64,000 nt of DNA from the NCBI GenBank assembly GCA_040901985.1, contig JBBDYC010000009.1:92364-156363 (forward strand), written 5' to 3'. Shown here in pieces: positions 21,793 to 30,561 of the stretch. Position numbers and translations under genes: made by a program. This DNA comes from Gemmatimonadaceae bacterium (GTDB lineage Bacteria > Gemmatimonadota > Gemmatimonadetes > Gemmatimonadales > Gemmatimonadaceae). Under the pieces are notes generated by a model, which saw nothing but the letters and a program-made list of their open reading frames with translations, was not told the origin of the DNA and made no database searches. Positions within the stretch are counted from its first letter, which is position 1. Each line of letters starts with the position of its first letter.

Positions 21793-22965
21793 ATGCGACT
21801 ACCCGGCTACTTACTGCTTATCGCTCTCCCGTTACTCGGGATTGGCGCCCAATCGTCGGCGACGGGGCCGCGAATCGCCTTGCCCGAGCCCTGGGGTCTG
21901 CATCCAGTCGGCTACGAGCGTCTCGACCTCGCCGACTCCAGCCGCCAGGAGGTTCGTGGCGCCCGCGCTGGAAGTCCCCGCCGCCTCGTTTTGCAACTCT
22001 GGTATCCGGCACGTGGCAGCGTCACCGAGCCGACCGTGTATATGGATTCTCTCACGGCCGGCGCGTGGGCAGCGAACCAGCGTCTGCCGGCCGGTTTTCA
22101 GAACAGGGTGCTGACGGCTGCACAGCGGGGACTGCCTGTAGTCGACTCTCTCGGCCCGCTGCCCGTTCTCCTGTTCTCGCACGGCCGCACCTGGCCGGTT
22201 CAGACGTATCAGATGATGCTGCAGGACCTCGCCAGCCGCGGCTGGCTTGTCGTCGCGATGAGCCATCCGTATGAAGAGGTGCTCACCACGTTTGCCGACG
22301 GGTCCGCGGCCCGCTTCGACCAGCCGAGCTGGGACACTCCCGCAGAGCGAGGCCGCCTCCTGACCGAGGCGGTCGACGTGCTCGTGCAGGATGCGGAATT
22401 CACCGTCCGGTCGCTGATTCGTTGGAATGAGCAAGCCGGTCACCCCCTTCGCGGTCGCGTGGACACGGCGCGCATCGGCTATTTCGGGCATTCCCTCGGG
22501 GGCGCCGCGGCAGCCCGGGCCCTGTCGCGCCTGCCGGGCGTCCTGGCAGCGGCCACTATCGAAGGCAGCGTATACGACAGCGCGTCTCGGCCTATGGTGG
22601 TGGAAAAGCCGCTGATGAACATCATCGGCGGCTACAACCGGGCGGAACTCGGACTGCGCGATTATCTCGCGGCGCCAGGAGCCGTCGTTTTCGAGGTGAT
22701 CGTTCACGGGGCCTGGCATGCTTCGTTCGCGGACCTCCTGCTCATATACGGTGCCACGGCTCCCCGGGCCTGGCGCGAACGTCATCGCCGCGAACTGTCT
22801 CCCGTTCGCGTCAACCAGATCACCACGGACTATCTGCACGCGTTCTTCCGCCGGTATCTGCTGGGAGAGCAGTCGCTCCTCCTCCGGCCCCATTCGGATC
22901 CTGAGTTGGGCAACTTTGAAACGTCGGGCTATCCCGAAGTCGAGCTGCGCGTCGTTGCCGGATGA
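21793..22965 (+). CDS. Secreted alpha/beta hydrolase (PAF-acetylhydrolase/lipase-like)
   Basis: Signal peptide; QLWYP, PVLLFSHG, LASRGW, GHSLGG nucleophile motif, HASFAD. Confidence 0.8.
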   Translation: MRLPGYLLLIALPLLGIGAQSSATGPRIALPEPWGLHPVGYERLDLADSSRQEVRGARAGSPRRLVLQLWYPARGSVTEPTVYMDSLTAGAWAANQRLPAGFQNRVLTAAQRGLPVVDSLGPLPVLLFSHGRTWPVQTYQMMLQDLASRGWLVVAMSHPYEEVLTTFADGSAARFDQPSWDTPAERGRLLTEAVDVLVQDAEFTVRSLIRWNEQAGHPLRGRVDTARIGYFGHSLGGAAAARALSRLPGVLAAATIEGSVYDSASRPMVVEKPLMNIIGGYNRAELGLRDYLAAPGAVVFEVIVHGAWHASFADLLLIYGATAPRAWRERHRRELSPVRVNQITTDYLHAFFRRYLLGEQSLLLRPHSDPELGNFETSGYPEVELRVVAG

Positions 22966-22998
22966 TGCGCGGTTCTATGCGCCCGCCAGTGAGTTGCG

Positions 22999-24231
22999 AT
23001 GTCTGAGCCGCGCCATGATGCGCAGGTTTCGCCGCCCCTGGTGTCCGTCAATCCGTCGTACGTGCTCAGGGTGCTCAACAACCTGATCGCTATCGACTCG
23101 GTCAATCCATCCCTGGTGCCGGGCGCGCGGGGCGAAGGGGAAATCGCCCGCTACATCGCCTCGGAGATGGAAGGCCTGGGGCTGACCGTCCGGATGGTCG
23201 AGCCGGCGCCAGGACGCCCGTCCGTGGTCGGGCGGCTCGCCGGCAAAGGCGGCGGGCCGTCCCTGATGTTGAACGGACACGCCGACACGGTCGCTGCCGG
23301 CGAAATGCATGCACCGTTCGTCCCCCGGCTCGAGGGACAGCGCCTGTACGGACGCGGAGCATACGACATGAAGGGAGCGGTCGCCGCGTGCCTAGGCGCG
23401 GTCAAAGCGATTCGCGACTCCGGTGTTGCCATCGCTGGCGACGTGTTGGTAGTCACCGTCGCCGACGAAGAGTACGCCAGCACGGGAATGCAGGCGATCC
23501 TCGAGGCGGTTCAAGTTGACGCCGCCATCGTTACCGAGCCCACGTCCCTCGACGTGTGCGTTGCGCACAAGGGCTTTGCCTGGATCGAGGTCGAAACAAG
23601 GGGCCGGGCAGCGCACGGCAGTCAACATGCGCTTGGCGTTGACGCCAACGCCCGCATGGGGCGAATCCTCGTCGAGTTGGAACGCCTGGACGCCGACCTG
23701 GCCGCGCGGGCTCCCCACCCGCTTCTCGGGCGAGCGTCTTTGCACGTCGCGACGCTCGCAGGCGGGTCGGGAATGAGCACGTACTCGGATCGGTGTCAGG
23801 CTGGCGTCGAACGGCGCACACTCCCGGGCGAGACGGGCCAGAGCGCACTCGCGGAGATTCAGAGGATGCTCGACCGGGTGGCGGCCCCCGATCCCGATCT
23901 TCCGGCCTCGGCGCGGCTGCTCCTGGCCCGCGAGCCATTCGAAGTGGATGGATCGGCACGAATTGTCAGGGTGGTGACGGATGCGGCATCCAGAGCGCTC
24001 GGCCGTCCAGCCATCCTCCGTGGCGAGAATCCATGGATGGACGCGGCCCTGCTGGCACAGGCCGGCGTGGAAACCGTGGTGATAGGACCGCACGGCTTCG
24101 GCGCGCACGGACCCGTCGAGTGGGTTGACGTCGACAGCGTCAATACTCTCTCGGCGATCCTGGCGGAAGCCTCCTTGGAATACTGCGGCCAGGCTGCGGC
24201 CCTGGACGGCATACGTGCTCATTCGCAATAG
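22999..24231 (+). CDS. M20 ArgE/DapE family deacylase
   Basis: NGHADTV, GRGAYDMKG, ADEE, TEP, GRAAHGS, AHGPVEWV. Confidence 0.9.
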   Translation: MSEPRHDAQVSPPLVSVNPSYVLRVLNNLIAIDSVNPSLVPGARGEGEIARYIASEMEGLGLTVRMVEPAPGRPSVVGRLAGKGGGPSLMLNGHADTVAAGEMHAPFVPRLEGQRLYGRGAYDMKGAVAACLGAVKAIRDSGVAIAGDVLVVTVADEEYASTGMQAILEAVQVDAAIVTEPTSLDVCVAHKGFAWIEVETRGRAAHGSQHALGVDANARMGRILVELERLDADLAARAPHPLLGRASLHVATLAGGSGMSTYSDRCQAGVERRTLPGETGQSALAEIQRMLDRVAAPDPDLPASARLLLAREPFEVDGSARIVRVVTDAASRALGRPAILRGENPWMDAALLAQAGVETVVIGPHGFGAHGPVEWVDVDSVNTLSAILAEASLEYCGQAAALDGIRAHSQ

Positions 24232-25333
24232 CGCGGCGCGTACCAGCCCGGGATCGCGGACGGCTCCGGCGTTCTCCAGCAGCGAAATCCGCCGGGCCGT
24301 CCAGGCCATACGGGGGTGGCGGGCATACGAGCCGACGCCACTGCTCACACGGGCAGATTTGGCACGCGAACTCGGAGTGGCGGACGTCTGGTACAAGGAC
24401 GAGAGCAAGCGGTTGGGCCTCGGGAGTTTCAAGGCGCTCGGCGGGGCGTATGCAGTCGAAAGGTCTCTCGCCCGCCAGGCCCGCCGCCGCCGGCCCACGT
24501 TCGTCTGCGCAACTGACGGCAATCATGGCAGAGCTGTCGCGTGGGCGGCTGATCGGCACGGCTGCGCCGCAACTGTCTTCGTTCCGCGAGCCATCACAGC
24601 CCCGCGCATCGCCGCCATTCGGGAGTACGGTGCGCGCGTTCACGTCGTTGACGGCACCTATGACGACGCTGCACGTCTTGCCCGAACAGTGGCGGAAGCC
24701 GAAGAATGGCAGCTCATCTCCGACGCAGGAGAGACGGTCACCGAACGGTCCACCTGGGACGTCATGTACGGATACCAAATCATCGGCCATGAAATCTTGG
24801 AGCAACTCCCACGTCACGTTGCCATCACGCATATGTTCGTGCAAGCAGGCGTTGGCGGGCTTGCGGCGTCCTTGGTTCGATTTCGCCAGGGCCGCCGCCC
24901 GGCGCCGGTCATGATCACCGTTGAGCCTGAAGCGGCGGATTGCGTCTTCCAGAGTATCGCCGCACGGCGGCGCGTGCGCGTACCAGGTGCCCTTCGAACC
25001 ATCATGTCCGGCCTCGCGTGTGCCCGACCGTCGGCGCCGGCTTGGTCCGTCCTGCGACACCGAGTGGACTTCGCCATGCGTATTCCGGACCGCTTCGCGC
25101 GCGACGCTATGCGCCTCGCTGCCTCCTTCCCCGGGAGCCAGCGGCTGGTCGTCGGCGAGTCCGGCGCGGCTGGCTTGGCGGGGTGTCTTGCGCTCGTTCG
25201 TTCCGGCCGCACGTCAGACGTGCGTTTGTCCAGCGAGTCTCAGGTTCTGTTTGTTGGAACCGAAGGAGCGACTGATCCGGCACGGTACCGGCTGATCACG
25301 GGCCACGAACCGAACATGGAAGCTCGTGCGTGA
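24215..25333 (+). CDS. Diaminopropionate ammonia-lyase-like PLP enzyme
   Basis: KDESKRLGLGSFKALGG (PLP Lys), ATDGNHGRAVAW, QAGVGG, GESGAAG, TEGATDP; GTG 24215 chosen as start. Confidence 0.85.
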   Translation: MLIRNSAARTSPGSRTAPAFSSSEIRRAVQAIRGWRAYEPTPLLTRADLARELGVADVWYKDESKRLGLGSFKALGGAYAVERSLARQARRRRPTFVCATDGNHGRAVAWAADRHGCAATVFVPRAITAPRIAAIREYGARVHVVDGTYDDAARLARTVAEAEEWQLISDAGETVTERSTWDVMYGYQIIGHEILEQLPRHVAITHMFVQAGVGGLAASLVRFRQGRRPAPVMITVEPEAADCVFQSIAARRRVRVPGALRTIMSGLACARPSAPAWSVLRHRVDFAMRIPDRFARDAMRLAASFPGSQRLVVGESGAAGLAGCLALVRSGRTSDVRLSSESQVLFVGTEGATDPARYRLITGHEPNMEARA

Positions 25334-25530
25334 CTTGTGGAGGACGCACCGATGGACTCCTTGATACAATCTAAACTAGGCTGCTGGCCTCACGGATCGT
25401 GCTCATTTCACGCGTGAGTTCCGCCGTGAATTCGGATTGCCGCCGAGAGCGTAACTCACGCACGTTCGCACCCGTGCCGCGACCGCGGCCCACGACGGCG
25501 CGCGGAGTCCCCCCTCGATCCGATCCCTCA

Positions 25531-25701
25531 GGCCAGCTCGCGCTGGGTGCGGTCGGAGGACGCGGCATTCCGACTGTCGCTGCGGAACCACGACTTTGCG
25601 CTCGCGGTGGGGCTGACACGGCTGTTCTAGCCGGGAACGCGGCGTAGGGCCTCCAGCTCGTGGCGCGCCCGGCGTCACGCGCCCTTGACCGCCTGGCGAA
25701 T
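25531..25701 (+). repeat. Direct repeat copy 2 (171 bp), right boundary of the island
   Basis: Duplicate of the barrel-gene 3' end, the intergenic spacer and the recX 3' end. Confidence 0.92.
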
Positions 25702-26370
25702 CAACCCCGGACTGAAGCCCCGCCGCGCGAGATACCCGTAGAGCCGGCGCCGAGCGACCACCGGATCGAGCCCCGCCAGACTGTGCGAGCGCTTGGCCAC
25801 CAGTGCACGGATGGCCGTGAGTTCGTCCGCGCCTTCGTCCGCCGCGTGTTCCGCCAGTACGCGGTCCACCAGCGCCCGCGCCACGCCTCGCCGCGCGAGC
25901 TCGGCCGCCACGCGCCGCGGCCCGAACCCCCGCCCCACCGCCAACCGCGTGCGCGCAAAACCGCGGGCAAACTCCTCGTCGTTGAGCAGGCCAAGCGACT
26001 CCAGCCGCTCCAGCGCGGGATCGATCTCCTCGGCCGAGAATTCGCGCTGCTTGAGCCAGCGGCCGAGGTCCGCGCGCGAGCGCGCCCGGCGCGCCAAGGC
26101 GTCCAGCGCCTTGTCGTAGCACGCCACCCGGCGCACAGCGGCCTCCAGCCGGGCCCGCAGCGCGGCGTCCACGGTCTGCCCAACGGCGAGCCCCGCGGCC
26201 TGCCCCGCGGCGAGCCCCGCGGCGAGCCCCGCGGCGGGCGCCGAGGCGAGCCCCAGTTCGGCGATGCTGTCTGCCGACACCGCGCCGAGTGGTTCGCCGT
26301 CGAGCTCGATCACGTACCGCCCCGCGCGGCGGGGGTGCTCGCGGAGGGCAGTGATGCGCGACGGAATCAC
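25675..26370 (-). CDS. recX: Regulatory protein RecX
   Basis: LARRARSRADL, GLLNDEEFA, GPRRVAAELARRGV, YLARRGF; downstream of recA. Confidence 0.88.
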   Translation of the reverse strand: MIPSRITALREHPRRAGRYVIELDGEPLGAVSADSIAELGLASAPAAGLAAGLAAGQAAGLAVGQTVDAALRARLEAAVRRVACYDKALDALARRARSRADLGRWLKQREFSAEEIDPALERLESLGLLNDEEFARGFARTRLAVGRGFGPRRVAAELARRGVARALVDRVLAEHAADEGADELTAIRALVAKRSHSLAGLDPVVARRRLYGYLARRGFSPGLIRQAVKGA

Positions 26371-27506
26371 GGCGTCGGCGGCGAGAGCATCTCTTCCAAG
26401 GCGAACTTGATTCTCGGGGAGATTCGGTTCACGGGATAGTACCGCTCGATCACATCCAGGGCGTCCGTCGCCGTGCGGATGTCCAGATAGCGGAGCAGAA
26501 AGCGGATGTCGGCCAGGTCCGGTGCCTGGTCCGCCGGCCGCATCGCCAGGCACTTCATCGCCAGCAAGTACTCCGGACTGGCCACGAAGACGCGGAGAAA
26601 GGGAAGGTCCAAATACGGGCTGAACTCGCCGGTGTGTGAGAGGAACGCCTTCGCCGCATCGTTGAGCCAGCCGCGGGCGAGCCCCTCCCGCTCGGCGATG
26701 CGAGCCACCGCCTCTCGCACCGGCGCGGCCGGCTCGAAGATCGCATCCACGTCACGGGTGGCCTCGCGCGCGCCCATCACCAAGCACATCACCGCACCGC
26801 CCACGACGTGCAGATCCGCACCGACACCCGCGGCCGCGAGTTCCTTCTCCAGTTCACGGAACAGTTCGCGAATGCGATCGGCCGCCAGCATCTCCTGGCC
26901 ATAGCGATATCGGGGCTCTTCCGAGACCCGAAGGCTCGGCGCCAGCGGCACCAGCGGGGCGGCGTAGCCGACACCGTCAAACCCGTCACCGTCCACCAGC
27001 GTGGCGAGGCGGGTGCCGAGCCCCTTCTCGATGAACAAGTTGCGACGACGCCAAACCACCGGCGCCACCCGAAGGAGGTAGGGCCGCCACGACATTATGC
27101 CGAGGGCAAAGTGCGGTGCCGGAAGGGGCGGCACGTCCAGCGTCCAGTCGGGCGGCAGAGTGCCCCACAGCGCGCTCCGCTGCTCCGCGTACGCGGCGAT
27201 GTAGTTCTGGTGGAACGCCGACAGCGCGTGAAAGGCCGCGGGCACCGTGGCGACCTCGATTGCACGCGCACGCGGCAGCGTGAGGAAACAGTCCTCCAGT
27301 TCCGCGAGATAGATCCGCGCACGATGCGCGCTGTCGTACGCCAGCGCGTCAACGAGCTTCTCAAACTCCGTGCGACGCGCCTGAGGAAGCACCCGCGCCA
27401 GCACGTACGACGACAGGTCGAGGCCACTGGCCTCCGCGGCCGCACGGATCTTGGCCTTCTCGTCGGGCGTCACCCGGACTTGGAGCTGCTCGGTCTTGGG
27501 GGTCAT
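26367..27506 (-). CDS. Fusion of a DUF1778-like RHH, an antitoxin-like domain and a DUF6036/AbiEii-like nucleotidyltransferase
   Basis: QLQVRVTPDEKAKIRAAAEASGLDLSSYV; PPDWT...RRRNLFI; VVGGAVM...TRDVDA...WLND...LLAMKCLAMR...DLADI. Confidence 0.75.
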   Translation of the reverse strand: MTPKTEQLQVRVTPDEKAKIRAAAEASGLDLSSYVLARVLPQARRTEFEKLVDALAYDSAHRARIYLAELEDCFLTLPRARAIEVATVPAAFHALSAFHQNYIAAYAEQRSALWGTLPPDWTLDVPPLPAPHFALGIMSWRPYLLRVAPVVWRRRNLFIEKGLGTRLATLVDGDGFDGVGYAAPLVPLAPSLRVSEEPRYRYGQEMLAADRIRELFRELEKELAAAGVGADLHVVGGAVMCLVMGAREATRDVDAIFEPAAPVREAVARIAEREGLARGWLNDAAKAFLSHTGEFSPYLDLPFLRVFVASPEYLLAMKCLAMRPADQAPDLADIRFLLRYLDIRTATDALDVIERYYPVNRISPRIKFALEEMLSPPTP

Positions 27507-27512
27507 CGCGTG

Positions 27513-27556
27513 AAGATATGGCCCGCGTGCCAGGCTGTCAATACGTGGTATTGACA
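27513..27556 (-). promoter_or_regulatory. Promoter and palindromic operator of the fused TA gene
   Basis: Minus strand TTGACA (27541-27536), 17 bp, TATCTT (27518-27513); perfect inverted repeat TGTCAATAC-gtg-GTATTGACA at 27536-27556. Confidence 0.7.
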
Positions 27557-27576
27557 ACGACGGAGGCGGCCTTCGC

Positions 27577-27609
27577 CCCGGAAATACGCCGGGGGTGGAC
27601 CCGAGTGGA
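27577..27609 (+). repeat. 33-bp perfect direct repeat, copy 1
   Basis: CCCGGAAATACGCCGGGGGTGGACCCGAGTGGA, identical at 28088-28120. Confidence 0.92.
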
Positions 27610-27671
27610 TTCATCTACAGTCGCACTGATTCGGTCACGTTCGCCGGGAGGCGGCGGGCGGTATTCGCGCG

Positions 27672-27860
27672 ATGAAGACTCGGGACGTCCTCAAACTGCT
27701 CCACGCCAACGGCTGGCGGATTGCCCGGATTCGCGGAAGTCACCATCATTTCAAGCACCCTGAGAAACGCGGAATCGTGACGGTCCCGGTAAAGAAGGGC
27801 GCGGACGTGCCGCCCGGCACGTTGCGTAGCATCCTCCGCCAGGCGGGCTTGACGCCGTGA
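27672..27860 (+). CDS. hicA: HicA family toxin
   Basis: MKTRDVLKLLHANGW....RGSHHHFKHP...VTVP...GTLRSILRQAGL. Confidence 0.92.
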   Translation: MKTRDVLKLLHANGWRIARIRGSHHHFKHPEKRGIVTVPVKKGADVPPGTLRSILRQAGLTP

Positions 27861-28084
27861 TTCGATATCCCGTACTCCTCGAGGCGACCGGCGACGGTTA
27901 CTGGGTCCACGCCCCGGACGTGCCCGGCTGCGTGTCGTTCGGCGCATCGCGCGAAGAGGCGCTGGCGAATATGCGCGAGGCGCTCGAGGGCCACCTCGGT
28001 CTGATGCTGGAACAGGGCGACGCGCTGCCGCCGGCGTCCGCCGCCGCCGAAATGCTCGAGGTCTCCCTCCCTCCGGGCCGGTAA
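27857..28084 (+). CDS. hicB: Short HicB family antitoxin (no DNA-binding domain)
   Basis: YPVLLE...YWVHAPDVPGCVSFG.SREEALANMREAL; GTGA overlap with hicA. Confidence 0.9.
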   Translation: MIRYPVLLEATGDGYWVHAPDVPGCVSFGASREEALANMREALEGHLGLMLEQGDALPPASAAAEMLEVSLPPGR

Positions 28085-28087
28085 GCT

Positions 28088-28120
28088 CCCGGAAATACGC
28101 CGGGGGTGGACCCGAGTGGA
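28088..28120 (+). repeat. 33-bp perfect direct repeat, copy 2
   Basis: Identical to 27577-27609. Confidence 0.92.
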
Positions 28121-28224
28121 ACGGCGGGGATTCCGGGCCCCGACGACTCACCACAGATCGCACCCCCGACGAACTACCGTGGGACGCATCTCGATTGTCA
28201 CGGCGTCGCGCCGCCGCGTTGACG

Positions 28225-29268
28225 CTAGTCCTCGACTTCGGCTTCGACCGGCTCGGTCTTCGTGATCCCGAGCACCACCTTCACCTTCTCCTCGATCTCC
28301 GCCATCACCGCCGGATTGTCCTTCAGGAAGAGCTTGGCGTTCTCACGCCCCTGCCCGATCCGCTGGGTGCCGTAGCTGTACCACGCCCCCGACTTCTCGA
28401 TGATCCCACTCTCGGCGCCGATGTCCACCAGCAGCGACGTGTGCGAGATCCCCTCCGCGTACATAATGTCGAACTCGGCTTGCCGGAACGGCGGCGCCAC
28501 CTTGTTCTTCACCACCTTCACCCGGACGTGCGACCCGATCACGTCCTCCTTCTCCTTCACCGGGCCGATGCGGCGGATGTCGAGCCGCAACGACGCGTAG
28601 AACTTCAAGGCCTTGCCGCCGGTCGTCGTCTCAGGGCTCCCGAACATCACCCCGATCTTCTCCCGCAGCTGATTGATGAAGATCACCGAGCAGTTCGATC
28701 GGGCGATCGCTCCGGTGAGCTTGCGCAACGCCTGGCTCATCAGCCGGGCCTGCAACCCCATGTGCGACTCGCCCATCTCCCCCTCGATCTCGGCCTTCGG
28801 CACCAACGCCGCCACCGAGTCAATCACGATCACATCCACCGCCCCACTGCGCACCAGGATCTCACAGATCTCCAGCGCCTGCTCCCCCGTGTCCGGCTGC
28901 GAGATGAGCAGCTTGTCCACGTCCACGCCCAGCTTGGTGGAATAGTCCGTGTCCAACGCGTGCTCGGCGTCAATGAAGGCCGCCGTCCCACCCAGCTTCT
29001 GCGCATTGGCCACGACGTGCAGACAGAGCGTCGTCTTGCCGCTGCTCTCCGGCCCGTAGATCTCGGTCACCCGCCCCCGCGGAATCCCCCCGACGCCTAT
29101 CGCCGCGTCAAGATTGATCGCCCCAGTGGGGATGGCGTCCACCTTCACCCTCACGCCATCCGCGCCCATCCGCATGATGGCTCCCTTCCCGAACGACTTC
29201 TCGATCTGCGACACCGCCAGCCCCAACGCCTTCTTGCGATCTTCCTGCTGAGCCGCCGTCGTTGCCAT
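28225..29268 (-). CDS. recA: Recombinase RecA
   Basis: [36 protein letters not shown]. Confidence 0.99.
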   Translation of the reverse strand: MATTAAQQEDRKKALGLAVSQIEKSFGKGAIMRMGADGVRVKVDAIPTGAINLDAAIGVGGIPRGRVTEIYGPESSGKTTLCLHVVANAQKLGGTAAFIDAEHALDTDYSTKLGVDVDKLLISQPDTGEQALEICEILVRSGAVDVIVIDSVAALVPKAEIEGEMGESHMGLQARLMSQALRKLTGAIARSNCSVIFINQLREKIGVMFGSPETTTGGKALKFYASLRLDIRRIGPVKEKEDVIGSHVRVKVVKNKVAPPFRQAEFDIMYAEGISHTSLLVDIGAESGIIEKSGAWYSYGTQRIGQGRENAKLFLKDNPAVMAEIEEKVKVVLGITKTEPVEAEVED

Positions 29269-29565
29269 CGGTGCCTCGGAGAGGTGAAAGGGAATCTACC
29301 CGCCAGGGGACGCTCGGCTACCCCCGAATTGACCACGAAAGGAACCGCCGTACCGAACACCGAACAGATGGCGAACCGCACCGCTCCGCGCAAGGGGGGC
29401 ACTTTGCTTCCTTCCCCATTTTGGCACAAGCTCGAATACTTTCGAAACAGTAATCTGTAGAGTTCTAATAAGACATTACACTACAACGCGTTAAGTCGTC
29501 TCAGCGCACCGAAAATGGTGTGGATTTCGTGTTGACCGAGACCACTTTTCCACACTTTCCCACAC

Positions 29566-29934
29566 TCAACGGGTCACTTCGAAGGCGTTCGGGACGTGTT
29601 TGACAAGCACACGTTCGCCGGCCATCAGGACCCCGACGACGTCGAATTGATACGATTCCCCGTCGCGCCCGTGGCGATCAATCCAGACGTGGGCGCTACG
29701 GGTCAGTTCCCGCTGCTTGCGATGATGCACGGCCTCCACCGGGTCGCCAAAGTCGTCGCCCTTGCGGGCCTTCACCTCGACGAAGGCGATGGTGGACTCG
29801 CGCTGGGCGACGAGGTCAATGTCCCGACGCCCGTTCCTGAACCGCCGCGCGAGGATCCGCCAGCCCTGGCGCGTGAGCCAGCGCTCGGCGATGCGTTCGC
29901 CTAGGTGGCCCAGCCGTTGATTGTGGTTCGTCAT
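29566..29934 (-). CDS. yraN: YraN family endonuclease
   Basis: LG..GE..A..WL...G; IDLVA; FVEVKAR; FDVV; NAF. Confidence 0.9.
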   Translation of the reverse strand: MTNHNQRLGHLGERIAERWLTRQGWRILARRFRNGRRDIDLVAQRESTIAFVEVKARKGDDFGDPVEAVHHRKQRELTRSAHVWIDRHGRDGESYQFDVVGVLMAGERVLVKHVPNAFEVTR

Positions 29935-30029
29935 GGCGGCGAACCTAGCGCTGCCGGCCTTGCTCGGCGTCACCGTCGTGTTGCGGCCGATGGCGGATCG
30001 TTGCCTGGCTTTTACTGCTCTGCAGCTGT

Positions 30030-30419
30030 GCGCGCCGGTCGGTCGGGGCCGCGCCCGCCGCTTCGGGCCCTCGGCCTTACACGCTGCGAGCCCCCGCGAA
30101 CTGCTGCGGGGTCTCTTGCTACGGCCGGGGGCCCTGCGCGTCGCGCACGGCCCCTTCCTCCCTGGGGCGGGCTGCGAGTGTCGTGAGCCTGCTGGCTCCG
30201 CTTCGCGTGGGGCCGGCGCGCGGGGGCGCGAGGGAGCCGGCAGCGCCGGGCTCGCGCTGACTGGGACTCGGCCTGGGCAGGAGGGAGGGAGGGAGGGCGC
30301 GGGCGCGCGGCGCAGGGGCCTACGCCGTAGCAAGAGCCCCCGCAGCAGTTCGCGGGGGCTCGCAGCGTGTAAGGCGTTGGCCCCGAAGCCGTGCGACCGT
30401 GCCCGACCGACCGGCGCGC
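30030..30419. repeat. Structured repeat element A (inverted pair of ~130-nt nested hairpins)
   Basis: Core reversed at 30075-30122 and forward at 30327-30374. Confidence 0.9.
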
Positions 30420-30561
30420 GCAAAAGCCCGACCGACCGGCGCGCACGAGACCGACCGGCGTGCGCAAAAGCCCGACCGCCCGCGCGCACGAACCCTGACT
30501 TCGCACCGCCCGCCGCCTCCTCATATTGCGACCGACGCACCACGAGACCGCCGAGGCGAAA

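Noticed and set aside
29460..29492. Possible dif site
   Set aside because: AGTTCTAATAA resembles a XerC arm, but no TTATGTTAAAT-like XerD arm follows at 6-bp spacing on either strand
30327..30374. Repeat core as a known self-cleaving ribozyme or tRNA
   Set aside because: No hammerhead (CUGANGA/GAAA), twister or pistol consensus and no T-loop/CCA recognisable by eye; an Rfam scan is still needed
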